Shown piece after piece: positions 29,196 to 38,227 of a DNA stretch of 64,000 nt. The DNA lies in the IMG/VR virus record IMGVR_UViG_3300031463_000006, positions 3,925 through 67,924 of that record. One strand, written 5' to 3'. Each line of letters opens with the position of its first letter. Within the stretch, counting starts at the first letter, position 1. The position numbers and the translations under genes were made by a program. The notes under the pieces were generated by a model. That model had not been told where the DNA came from. It was given only the letters and a program-made list of their open reading frames with translations, and searched no databases. The stretch is from a virus.

Positions 29196-29426
29196 CTATG
29201 GTTGCTGCAACATAGCGAGTGCTTGCTCGAGCACGAACGCGAGCTTTGGCTCAAACTCGGTATTTTCTGGGAACGGAATGCCAGCGCTTCGCGCCGTCAT
29301 ATCAGTTGGCTTGCGACCATGCCACACAAGCACTCGTTGCATCGTCGGCATCGTCGTGTACTCAATGCACACCCGGAAATCAGGTGCGAGAGCAATGCAT
29401 GCATCAAACAATTGCTTTGGCGTCAT
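29196..29426 (-). CDS. Hypothetical protein
   Basis: ATGA coupling to the upstream gene. Confidence 0.45.
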   Translation of the reverse strand: MTPKQLFDACIALAPDFRVCIEYTTMPTMQRVLVWHGRKPTDMTARSAGIPFPENTEFEPKLAFVLEQALAMLQQP

Positions 29427-29959
29427 CGACTTTGACTCATCGCGAACCATTGCACGCGAGCACCCATCAGCGTGCCATACAGTTGCACCGCAAGAAACAT
29501 ATCCGCTGGGATATCAGCCCGGGCTCGGCCACCTACGAACCATCCGCCGCCAGCATCGGGCGGTCCAAGGTGCAGCATACTCACGGGTGACGTTTCAGGC
29601 ATGAGCCCCGTCGCATGCGCTCCTACTTGCGCCGTGTCGCTTGCGATGCGCAACGTTCCGCCCAACGAACCAAGCTCGGCATCAACAACGACGCGCGCTA
29701 ACCAGTGAATGACGGGGTACTCGGGCGTGACGTGCAGCATGAGCGGGCAACCACGCGAGCTGCGCCGCGGATCAAAAACCCAACCGCGACCGTAAGCGCG
29801 CTTTGCCCAACCAGCGAATGCTCCCCGTTTCATCAACTCGGGAACCACGGGCAACGTTGCGACGCCACGTGCACGAGCAACCTCGGCTCGGTTGTCGATC
29901 AACACCTCGCCTTCGGGTTCAACACCCGCCGGATCGTGAACAACAACAACGTGAAACAT
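29423..29959 (-). CDS. Hypothetical protein
   Basis: GAGG RBS; directly after terL. Confidence 0.55.
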   Translation of the reverse strand: MFHVVVVHDPAGVEPEGEVLIDNRAEVARARGVATLPVVPELMKRGAFAGWAKRAYGRGWVFDPRRSSRGCPLMLHVTPEYPVIHWLARVVVDAELGSLGGTLRIASDTAQVGAHATGLMPETSPVSMLHLGPPDAGGGWFVGGRARADIPADMFLAVQLYGTLMGARVQWFAMSQSR

Positions 29960-29980
29960 ATCAGCACCTCTGCGCGCACA

Positions 29981-32752
29981 TTACCGCGCCATGAGCGATG
30001 CTGCCAAGCCCGGTCGCAATCCACCCGCACCTGCCGCATGCGATACACCGGCCGTCAGCCCCATGGCTCGTGCTTGTTCTCTTGCCAACCATGATGCCAT
30101 CAACACGTCATCAACGTGCGCATCAGGCTGATAATACAAACACGCATCAACCCATCGTTGCACATTTGGATGGCATCTTCCTGCGTGATCGCACGGAATA
30201 ATCCACGCGCCATTCTGAATCTCGACGAACAAACTTTCGACACCATATTCCGGGTGCGCTTTGTTTCTTCCAGTTGTGTGTGCTTTGATCGGCACACTCG
30301 CATTCTGCGCACGCGCAAACTGCAAGATATAATCTTGCGCGTTATGTACGATGTAATCTTCGACAACATACGATTCGTCTTCTTCAACGATCAAGTTGTA
30401 CACCGGACCATCATACTTCTCAACCACACCTGGTTCCGGTTGCAATATGCTCGCCCATACACCTTTGTCATCGATCGCAAACTTCGAGTTCGAAGCGTGT
30501 TTGCGAGTTACATACGGCGCCCATTGCACATCTTCGATCTCGCTCGTGAATGTTTCGCACAATCGAAACGCATCATCGGCGTACAACGAAAGCGTGTAAA
30601 TCGAACGATCGACAACGCCAGGCTTGATGTATCGATACGAGCTTTCATTATCCATTGTCAGCATCGCACGGCAACCAAATTCGAATAGCGTCGTTCGTGC
30701 AAACAATATCCAATTGCGCGATATACTGATGCCGGAAATCTCATGCAATAACATATTTGTCGAGCGCATACATCCGGCTCCCATGAGCCAACCGCGCACC
30801 ATTGCAAGTCGTTGTGCTAGCGGCCAGCCAAACAATGGGATCGGTGGACACTTTGCATCGCCAACACCGAACGCGCCAAACATGTCTGCAATTGCCGCAC
30901 CATCTACGCGGAAGACGAAATCGTCAATTTGTTCGCAGCTAGCGTTGCGAGTTATGTCGTACAACACCGAACGAACAAACTCTGCAAGATGCGACTCGTG
31001 TCGCCCGAATATAAATCGAACTTGATGATCTACAACTTCCCCTCGCGCCATGAATAGCCCAAGCAATAGCGCTTCGCGCTCACCAACAGACACGTCAACG
31101 CTGCCGACATGCAATACCGGGTCGACCGCTGGCCAACACGGAACCGCAAGCCCTGCATAGGCCGGGCGGTCACGTAGCCCAAGCGAAATCCATGTCGCCT
31201 CGCCAACCAGCCTACGATATTCCAACCCGTCGTGCTCGGCTTCGCGCAACCAGAACCAGTGATTCGGCGTCGTCACAACCGGCAAAGAACCATACGCTCG
31301 AGCCGTACAAACGGCGTGAGCAACACCGGCGACCCGTTCTAGGACTCGGCGCCAGCGGCCACGATGCGTCCACACCTCGGTGCCAGGCGTAACCAGTTCG
31401 ATGGGAACATAGCCGTTCTTCGTCAGCACGCGCGTTCCCGGAACAAAGCACGAATTGTTCTCAACCCGAGCAATCGATTTATATCGTTCGCACTTCTCGA
31501 TGATCTTGCGAACGATTGTAGGTGCATCCCATTGCCCGAACTCGACGTCGAGAATGAGCCGCTTCCCGTCGGGCAAACACTCGGCCGTGAACAACGCCGT
31601 CAAGTCGTGCTGCGCGCCTTTGCCTACCGCGAGGTCAACCCCGGTCACGGTAACGTTTGAGCCCGTGTACTCGCTAACCAGCGTGCGACCCTTGCCTTGC
31701 TCTTTACAACGCTCAATCCAATCGATCTTGCAACGAGCCGTTTCGTCGTTACGGCAGACGCACATATAAAGTTGATTATATCGATGCGGCAAGTGCTTTG
31801 TACGCAATCGTTCAATCTCATCCCAGTCATAGCGTTCTGGCCAAAGCGGCACGTTCTCGGTAATAACTTCGCCGCGTTCGTTGCGCGCCTCATTGTGCGC
31901 CGTCAATCTGTACACTTCGCCAGGGCGTGCACTCGGAACAATATCCGAACTATCCCAATCTGGGCAATTCGATAGCTTGATGTTGCCCTCAATATCCATG
32001 GTCAGTGTCGGCCAACCAGCGGCTTCCAATCGATATGTGATATCGTCGGGCGACCATGGCGTGTTCGTTACGACAAGTCTTCCTTTATGCGGATCGATAC
32101 GCGATAGCACCGATGAATCGAACCACTCATGAACCTTGTGCAACCCGGCTGTCGTACTCGTGTTCTCGCGGTCAAGTATGTCATCCACAACCGCCCATGA
32201 AAGACGGGACCCCGCGATTGCACCGTCAATGCCTACTGCCACAAGCGACGGGTCGCGAATTGCCGGAGGTCGATCAACCGTGATCTCCGTCTGCGTCCAA
32301 GGGTCGGTCTTACGAACCGATTTGCGTAGCCGAGGAAACACAAGCCGCAACTCATGGCTGGCTTCGATCAAGTCGCGCACCATAGCAAGCGGCTTCATGG
32401 CCTGACCTTGCGTCGCGCTAACCAAGGCACCGCGGCTTGCCGGGTCGCGCCCGAGAAAGTGCAACCCAAGTGTCGCCATGCAGAACGTCTTGCTTGTGCC
32501 GACCGGCATGCGCACAACACAGAACCTATGCGCCTCGACGAAATCAAACAACACTCGTTGATGCGGTGCAATTACAAGTTCCGCGTTTGTATGTTCTTCG
32601 CGCATCACGAAGCCAAAGAATTCTTTCACATCGGAACGTGCACGTTCAGCTACCCATTCAAGATGCGCAACAAGTAGCTCACTTTCTTCGATCGCTTTCG
32701 GATCGATGCCGACTCCTGCAACAATTTCTTGGTACCTATCGCCTTGCATCAT
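29981..32752 (-). CDS. terL: Terminase large subunit containing an intein
   Basis: Walker A-like 'MPVGTSKT', Walker B 'AVVDDILD', 'NTPWSPDD', 'LWPERY'; nuclease motifs 'GVDLAVG' and 'DDVLMA'. Confidence 0.92.
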   Translation of the reverse strand: MMQGDRYQEIVAGVGIDPKAIEESELLVAHLEWVAERARSDVKEFFGFVMREEHTNAELVIAPHQRVLFDFVEAHRFCVVRMPVGTSKTFCMATLGLHFLGRDPASRGALVSATQGQAMKPLAMVRDLIEASHELRLVFPRLRKSVRKTDPWTQTEITVDRPPAIRDPSLVAVGIDGAIAGSRLSWAVVDDILDRENTSTTAGLHKVHEWFDSSVLSRIDPHKGRLVVTNTPWSPDDITYRLEAAGWPTLTMDIEGNIKLSNCPDWDSSDIVPSARPGEVYRLTAHNEARNERGEVITENVPLWPERYDWDEIERLRTKHLPHRYNQLYMCVCRNDETARCKIDWIERCKEQGKGRTLVSEYTGSNVTVTGVDLAVGKGAQHDLTALFTAECLPDGKRLILDVEFGQWDAPTIVRKIIEKCERYKSIARVENNSCFVPGTRVLTKNGYVPIELVTPGTEVWTHRGRWRRVLERVAGVAHAVCTARAYGSLPVVTTPNHWFWLREAEHDGLEYRRLVGEATWISLGLRDRPAYAGLAVPCWPAVDPVLHVGSVDVSVGEREALLLGLFMARGEVVDHQVRFIFGRHESHLAEFVRSVLYDITRNASCEQIDDFVFRVDGAAIADMFGAFGVGDAKCPPIPLFGWPLAQRLAMVRGWLMGAGCMRSTNMLLHEISGISISRNWILFARTTLFEFGCRAMLTMDNESSYRYIKPGVVDRSIYTLSLYADDAFRLCETFTSEIEDVQWAPYVTRKHASNSKFAIDDKGVWASILQPEPGVVEKYDGPVYNLIVEEDESYVVEDYIVHNAQDYILQFARAQNASVPIKAHTTGRNKAHPEYGVESLFVEIQNGAWIIPCDHAGRCHPNVQRWVDACLYYQPDAHVDDVLMASWLAREQARAMGLTAGVSHAAGAGGLRPGLAASLMAR
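30341..31450 (-). mobile_element. Intein (370 aa) with degenerate LAGLIDADG homing endonuclease
   Basis: Starts CFVPGTRVLT; block B 'TTPNHWFW'; LAGLIDADG-like 'LLGLFMARG' and 'VRGWLMGAG'; ends 'VYNLIVEEDESYVVEDYIVHN'. Confidence 0.92.
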
Positions 32753-32787
32753 AGTTTACGATATACCTCATACCACGGAGGGCCACC

Positions 32788-34143
32788 ATGCGCCGTCAAC
32801 TCAAGGTATCTGCCACGTCTCCAGTTGCAACCCCTACAATTGACAACGCCTCCCAAATCGTTCCCATCGACTCAATCAAACCATGGGACAAGAACCCGCG
32901 CAAGAACGATCAAGCCGTCAACAAGGTCGCCAAGAGCATCAAACAATTTGGCTTCAACGCGCCGATCATTGTGTGCCGCGCGACAAACGAAATCATTGCC
33001 GGCCACACGCGCTACAAGGCGGCACGCAAACTCGGGCTCGCATCGGTACCCGTGCGCTTCATCGATCTGCCACCCGAGCAAGCACACGCTTACGCCCTGG
33101 CCGACAATCGCACCGCCGAAGAAGCCGAGTGGGATACCGAACTTCTTGGTAGTATTCTCGACGAATTACGAAACGATGGCGCCGAATACTTCGATGCCAT
33201 CGGCTTTGACCGAGAAGAACTCATCCGCCTATTAACGCCGCTTCCCGAAGAATCCACACCCGAACCGGCTCCAAATCTTGTCGAACGGTATCAAGTAGAA
33301 CTCGGACAACGATGGGTCATCCATGGCACCGCTGGCGACCATGTTGTCGTGTGCGGCGATAGCACCAATCCGCAACACGTCGCTCAATGCGCAGGTGGCG
33401 AGCAATTCGACTTCGTATTCACATCGCCGCCATACAACGTCGGCGTGCGATACGCTTCGCATTCCGATATACACTTGCCATGGGAACAATACTCGCAGCC
33501 ATTGCGACATACAATAGAAGCATTCATGCCATATCTCGCGCAGGGCCGCATGGTTGCGTGGAACATCGGCACTGCACCAAGAGTGTTTCCTCATCGTCAA
33601 GCAGTGCTTCTCGAAGAGTGTGGACTAACATACAATCGGCAGATCGTATGGTCCAAGAACAACGTACCGATGCCGTTGTGGTATGTAAACAAACGACGAA
33701 TCGCCGCGCGCTTCTTTACGCCAAACATGAAGCACGAGCTCATCTTGCTGTATTCGAAGGGCAAGGTTGCTTATGGTGGCAACATCACAATCATCGAAGA
33801 ATTGCGCGACGATGTTATATCATGCGATGCTAGCAATTCTACCAAAGAACTACCATCGAGCTCGGCACAGAATATTAGCGGTGCTTCGCATATACGACAT
33901 CGAGAAGTCACACGCGCGTCGCATCCTGCACCTTTCCCCGTCAAGTTGCCATGGATGTTCGTCAACATGCTTTCCGACGTCGGTACCGTTGTTTTCGATC
34001 CGTTCGTCGGAAGCGGTTCGACAATACTTGCGTGTGAAAAGGCAAATCGCCGAGGCTACGGCATCGACATCGCGCCCGAATACGTCGCGCTCACGCTCGA
34101 ACGTATGGTGCAAAATGGCTGCACCGTTGAGCGTGTAGCTTAA
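32788..34143 (+). CDS. ParB/Srx-domain plus N6A/N4C DNA methyltransferase fusion
   Basis: 'PWDKNPRKN...SIKQFGFNAPI...IIAGHTR...ADNR'; 'TSPPY', 'HPAPFP' and 'DPFVGSGST'. Confidence 0.92.
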   Translation: MRRQLKVSATSPVATPTIDNASQIVPIDSIKPWDKNPRKNDQAVNKVAKSIKQFGFNAPIIVCRATNEIIAGHTRYKAARKLGLASVPVRFIDLPPEQAHAYALADNRTAEEAEWDTELLGSILDELRNDGAEYFDAIGFDREELIRLLTPLPEESTPEPAPNLVERYQVELGQRWVIHGTAGDHVVVCGDSTNPQHVAQCAGGEQFDFVFTSPPYNVGVRYASHSDIHLPWEQYSQPLRHTIEAFMPYLAQGRMVAWNIGTAPRVFPHRQAVLLEECGLTYNRQIVWSKNNVPMPLWYVNKRRIAARFFTPNMKHELILLYSKGKVAYGGNITIIEELRDDVISCDASNSTKELPSSSAQNISGASHIRHREVTRASHPAPFPVKLPWMFVNMLSDVGTVVFDPFVGSGSTILACEKANRRGYGIDIAPEYVALTLERMVQNGCTVERVA

Positions 34144-34844
34144 TCAATGTCCGGAGAAACTGTGGTAGGTTGACCGGGGATCTGCCTAAGCGCGGCGCGC
34201 ACGGTCTTCACCCACCATTTGCCGCCGCGCACGCTTGCCACACCCTCGGCATTCAGCCGCTCGACAATCGCGCGCAACGTCAACCCTTGCGCGCGAAGCT
34301 CGTGCACTTTTCGCACGGCCTCGGGGTTGATCATGCTCATTGACGGCGCGCCGAGCCGCTGACCCTGCGCCCGCACGTGCGCCAAGGCATCGCGCGTGCG
34401 CTCGCTTACCAGATCGGCCTCGAGTTGCGACCATACGCCGATCATGCCGAGCATGGCTCGCCCCATCGGGCTCGCCGTGTCGAACGGTTCGGTCGCGCTA
34501 ACCAGCGCAATTGAGTCGCCCCGTGCCGGGTCAAGCAACGTCCAAAGAATGCGCTGCGACCTGGCTACCCTCGACACGCTATAGACAACCAAGACAGCCT
34601 CGTGCTCGCGGCACAAAGCAATCGCTTCGCGCAAGCCAGGCCGCTCGGCTACCTCGGACCGACCGCTCGCGCCCGCATCGCTGCGAACAGCAACCACGGT
34701 CAGCCCCCGAGCCGCGCACACCGCGCGGCAACGCTCTTCTTGCGCGTCGAGGCTAACGCCGTCGCGCGCCTGCATCGCCGTGCTCACGCGGCAGTAAATG
34801 ACTGCGCGAGACACGGCTGCAACTGTAACAGAGTTTCTAGTCAT
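34140..34844 (-). CDS. Small serine recombinase (resolvase/invertase family)
   Basis: 'YCRVST' catalytic Ser, 'ERPGL', 'SRVARS' and 'ERTRDAL'; C-terminal HTH. Confidence 0.9.
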   Translation of the reverse strand: MTRNSVTVAAVSRAVIYCRVSTAMQARDGVSLDAQEERCRAVCAARGLTVVAVRSDAGASGRSEVAERPGLREAIALCREHEAVLVVYSVSRVARSQRILWTLLDPARGDSIALVSATEPFDTASPMGRAMLGMIGVWSQLEADLVSERTRDALAHVRAQGQRLGAPSMSMINPEAVRKVHELRAQGLTLRAIVERLNAEGVASVRGGKWWVKTVRAALRQIPGQPTTVSPDID

Positions 34845-34850
34845 GTGTGT

Positions 34851-34879
34851 ACACTAGCACACCAAAGCTTGGTGCACAA
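34851..34879 (-). promoter_or_regulatory. Sigma70-like promoter (TTGTGC-17-TAGTGT) with palindromic operator; leaderless start of the recombinase
   Basis: The ATG lies 6 nt after the -10 box; a near-copy sits at 37005-37033. Confidence 0.6.
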
Positions 34880-34902
34880 TCTCCCTCGCCAGACGTGTAC
34901 GC

Positions 34903-35310
34903 TCAGGCGCGCAAGGTGCGCCACGTGCGCCACGACCCGCTATCGATCCGGATGCAGGGTTGCGGCTTGCTCGCTGCAACATACATCCACGCTTGCAGAG
35001 CCTCGTCGGTCTGCAAGTCGTGCACGTAACGCATCACCCGGACATAGTGTCCGGCCGCGACACCCTCGAGTACGTCGAGCCTCGCCAGCGTCGGCTCATC
35101 AACTCGCCACACTTCCCCCCGCACCCGATCCCGCCGATTTCCCGTAAGCACCGCATAGGGAAATCCAGCGTGCCGGCTCGTCACGCACAACATCAGGCCG
35201 CCCGCTTCCGCATGCGCAATCACGCACTCGCAATCGGCAAGTAGAGCGTGGTTGGGCTCGCCCCGAAGAAGCGTCCCGTACACGAACACAAAGTGCTTCC
35301 CGCTCATCAT
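34903..35310 (-). CDS. Gamma-glutamylcyclotransferase (GGCT/AIG2-like)
   Basis: 'FVYGTL', 'VRGEVW' and 'LDVLEG'. Confidence 0.88.
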   Translation of the reverse strand: MMSGKHFVFVYGTLLRGEPNHALLADCECVIAHAEAGGLMLCVTSRHAGFPYAVLTGNRRDRVRGEVWRVDEPTLARLDVLEGVAAGHYVRVMRYVHDLQTDEALQAWMYVAASKPQPCIRIDSGSWRTWRTLRA

Positions 35311-35311
35311 G

Positions 35312-35806
35312 CTACTCCTCTCGGACAACCTCGGCCCGCAAACAACGCTCCGCCGCCTCGACGATCGGCTCCCACGGCAAGCCGTGTTCCGTAGCCCCCG
35401 CTACCAGGGCCGCAAGGTATCGGTAGCTAGGTCCGCCGACCTCGGCCCCCGTGTGCACGTACACCCATGCATTCACACGCCGCCCGGCTGGCGACCCGAG
35501 CCGCACCAGCAACCACAGCCGACGGTACACGATCGGCGCGCCCTCGTACACGTCGAGCTGCAACAAGTCGTCGCACGTGATGCTCGCTATCACGCCGCCA
35601 ACCATACCGTTGCGCCGCGGCTCGACTGTGGCCACGCTCCCTCCCCAGGCCCCACTATGCCCGACGAACGCCAGCCGATGCCCTGGCAACCAGGCCGGCG
35701 CAAAGTCGGTCGCGCTCGGGCACCGCGCACGCAATTGCTCGGTGCGCATGTTCGACCCGTAGCCGAACACGCGCACCATGCCGCCAGCATGCTTGCTTAC
35801 GCGCAT
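35312..35806 (-). CDS. Gamma-glutamylcyclotransferase (GGCT-like)
   Basis: 'FGYGSNM...RCP', 'LDVYEG' and 'PSYRYL'. Confidence 0.88.
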   Translation of the reverse strand: MRVSKHAGGMVRVFGYGSNMRTEQLRARCPSATDFAPAWLPGHRLAFVGHSGAWGGSVATVEPRRNGMVGGVIASITCDDLLQLDVYEGAPIVYRRLWLLVRLGSPAGRRVNAWVYVHTGAEVGGPSYRYLAALVAGATEHGLPWEPIVEAAERCLRAEVVREE

Positions 35807-36711
35807 GCGACCTCCACGGCGGCTTGCTCGGCCACGGCCCGACGTGCAGGCGCACGCTTCGGCAGCCGACTCATGAGATGCTCGAGCACCGTCTGGTCGT
35901 CGATGCCGAGCGTCAGCTTTACTAGCCGACGCATCAGCTCGCGATCGCTGGCATCAGCATCGACCGGGCGGCCGCTGACGTGTCTCGCCGTCACCGCATG
36001 CGCTACCAGGGCCAGACACAAGGTAATCATGGCCCGAACCTTACCCGCATGCAGCGTCGACGCGAAATATCTGAATTCGACGGTCCCCCGGTAGAACCAC
36101 GAGTTCAGATTTAGCCCGTGGTAGCGGCTCGCGTCGTAGCGCGTCGGCGAGCCAAGGTATCGCCCGTACCATGCTCCCTCGAGCGAATACCGGGTGACGC
36201 GACTGCCGTGCCGCCACACATAGTCGGCGAATTCCGGGTCCATGCGCTTGCAGTACCGATTGCCCGGCCGGCCAACCGCCTTCTCAATTACCGGCTCATA
36301 CCGGCAGATGGCCGCCGCCAACCGCGCGATCATCTTCGCCCCCCGATCATCGCGCTCGATCCCCCCCACGTGCACGTGCAGCCCGCATCTATCACTAACC
36401 TGTGCGCCCGCACGTCTAAGCGCGCGCACAACCTCCTGCACGCGCGGAATGTCGACCGTCGTGCAGATCGGCGACACGACCTCGCAGCCGCAAACAAGCG
36501 AACCGTCGTTCACAACGGTCCACTCGCGACGATCGGACGTGCGTACCCCGTACGCGACGCCCATCGCGTACAGGTACTCGCCGCCTAGCGCGGCGCGTAT
36601 CGCCGCGACCGCGCTAGACTTATTGACGCCCTCCACCTCAATCTCAACCCCGAACGTGAGGCGGTCCATCATCCAACGGACCGCCTCGTGTTTCTTGTCG
36701 CGGGTGGCCAT
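35797..36711 (-). CDS. Amidoligase (Amidoligase_2, COOH-NH2 ligase)
   Basis: 'TFGVEIE', 'DGSL', 'EVVSP', 'CGLHVH', 'RYHGLN' and 'TVEFR'. Confidence 0.9.
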   Translation of the reverse strand: MATRDKKHEAVRWMMDRLTFGVEIEVEGVNKSSAVAAIRAALGGEYLYAMGVAYGVRTSDRREWTVVNDGSLVCGCEVVSPICTTVDIPRVQEVVRALRRAGAQVSDRCGLHVHVGGIERDDRGAKMIARLAAAICRYEPVIEKAVGRPGNRYCKRMDPEFADYVWRHGSRVTRYSLEGAWYGRYLGSPTRYDASRYHGLNLNSWFYRGTVEFRYFASTLHAGKVRAMITLCLALVAHAVTARHVSGRPVDADASDRELMRRLVKLTLGIDDQTVLEHLMSRLPKRAPARRAVAEQAAVEVACA

Positions 36712-36716
36712 CGTGC

Positions 36717-36959
36717 CTAGCTCCTCACCGCCGCCAACAATTCCGAGACGGCCCGAAGGTCGTCAAGTACAACCTCGGGGATAGACACCCAACACTTATC
36801 CCCTTCGTATCCGACCCGCCACTTCCGCCCGCCGGACACGTGAATAAAATACGTGTCGCGGAACAGTTCCACCACCCCGGTGGTAGCCGCAACAACCGCC
36901 GCGACTACCGCCGCAACTTCAACCCCTTCCAACTTGATCGTAATGTTGGCGCTTGCCAT
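36717..36959 (-). CDS. 80-aa protein resembling the amidoligase N-terminal region
   Basis: AAGGA RBS before MASANITI; visual alignment to the adjacent amidoligase. Confidence 0.55.
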   Translation of the reverse strand: MASANITIKLEGVEVAAVVAAVVAATTGVVELFRDTYFIHVSGGRKWRVGYEGDKCWVSIPEVVLDDLRAVSELLAAVRS

Positions 36960-37004
36960 CGTCCTTGCTCCTTGCGGCGTCCTTGCGCCGCCTTTGATAT
37001 GTAC

Positions 37005-37033
37005 ACTATAGCGCACCAAACTCCGGTGCACAA
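37005..37033 (-). promoter_or_regulatory. Sigma70-like promoter (TTGTGC-17-TATAGT) with GCACC...GGTGC operator
   Basis: 17-nt spacer; paralogous to 34851-34879. Confidence 0.65.
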
Positions 37034-37449
37034 GTTCTTTCTTCAAACGCCATCGCTTTTTGTAGTACCTACGCGCATACCACCCCGCCGCCACGGCTTC
37101 GCCCTTCCACCGCCCTCGCCAATCCCAAATTTTTTTGCACAAACCCGAGTCGGGTACCTTGCGCCGCGACCCCCCTCGTTCCCCCCGGACCCCCCCACCT
37201 GCACGCCGGCCACGCCGCATCGCACCCGCCCCCCGCACGACCGCGCCGCATCGCGCGAACACCAAGACGCACGTTTCGGTGTCCGCCAGGCGGCCGCCCT
37301 CGCCCGACGTCGCGCCGCGCACAACATCATGCATGCGCGCTACACGTCGCAGCAAAGGCCGGCCTCGAGCCCGTGCGCACCATCGTCCGCACCATCGCCA
37401 GGCCGAGCGGCGCGCATGCGTACCCCGCCCGCACGACCGCGCCGCGCGC

Positions 37450-37572
37450 GGTACCAATCCCTCAAGTACACAGTCAAGGATCGCTCGTAACCCCACGAAT
37501 ATTGTGCGAATAATGTTGTGTGCGCCGCGGTGGTACCAATCCCTCAAGTAAACAGTCAAGGATCGCTCGTAA
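37450..37572. repeat. Two 41-bp direct repeats (1 mismatch), 82-bp period
   Basis: ggtaccaatccctcaagta(c/a)acagtcaaggatcgctcgtaa at 37450 and 37532. Confidence 0.9.
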
Positions 37573-37646
37573 GCCCGCGAAACAACGCAAGTTCTCGCGC
37601 GCGCGCGGAACGCGCGAAGCGCCGCGCGGTGGGGGTCGCGAGAGAC

Positions 37647-38227
37647 GATGTTTCGTGCACGAAATATTAGGATAGGAACGGAAGCAGGTAAGGGGAAGGC
37701 GATGCTGAGCGTTCTGAATATTCAGAATGGAAGGGATGCAGGTAAGGGGAAGCAGGTAAGGGGAAGGCGATGCTGAGCGTTCTGAATATTCAGAATGGAA
37801 GGGATGCAGGTAAGGGGAAGCAGGTAAGGTGGGCGCGTGTGTTGGGGCGCGTGTGTTGGGGATGTAGGTATGGGGGAAGACGATATTTCGTGTACGAAAC
37901 ATTAGGATAGGAACGAATGCAGGTAAGTGGGAGCAGGTAAGTGGGAGCAGGTATGCTTGGGGCGCGTGTGTTGGGGAGCGTATGCTTGGGGCGCGTGTGT
38001 TGGGGATGTAGGTATAGGGGGAAGGTAGAGGGGGATGTTTCGTGTACGAAACATTAGGATAGGAACGAATGCAGGTATGGTGTGGAGGCTGGAATGGTGT
38101 GGGAGCTGGGATGGGGGAACTTGTAACCGGGGCTGATATGTTGGGGCGGGTATGGGTGGAGCAAGTGATATGGGGTATGGGTATTCGAGCGCGACGCGGA
38201 TAGATGTTTCGTGTGCGAAGGATTAGG
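37647..38227. repeat. Purine-skewed repeat region: four palindrome-containing ~34-bp motifs plus a 68-bp tandem duplication (possible origin or packaging region)
   Basis: gat(g/a)tttcgtg(c/t)acgaaa(t/c)attaggataggaacg at 37647, 37882 and 38034, degenerate copy at 38203; 68-bp units at 37681 and 37749 each carry ttctgaatattcagaa. Confidence 0.85.

Noticed and set aside
29790-29825. FAGWAKRAYGRG as a sixth copy of the WAR-GG tag
   Set aside because: Internal position and a weak match; could be chance.
34140-34844. Large serine integrase marking a prophage boundary
   Set aside because: Only 234 aa with no zinc-ribbon/coiled-coil domain; phage genes continue on both sides and no att site or host genes were seen.
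36960-37559. N-terminal extension of ORF 36717..37559
   Set aside because: It spans a promoter and GC-rich non-coding DNA; the RBS supports a start at 36959.
37647-38227. Canonical CRISPR array for the csf operon
   Set aside because: Intervening segments are about 118-201 bp, uneven and made of low-complexity microrepeats. There is no cas6 or cas1, and the region is over 12 kb from the csf genes.
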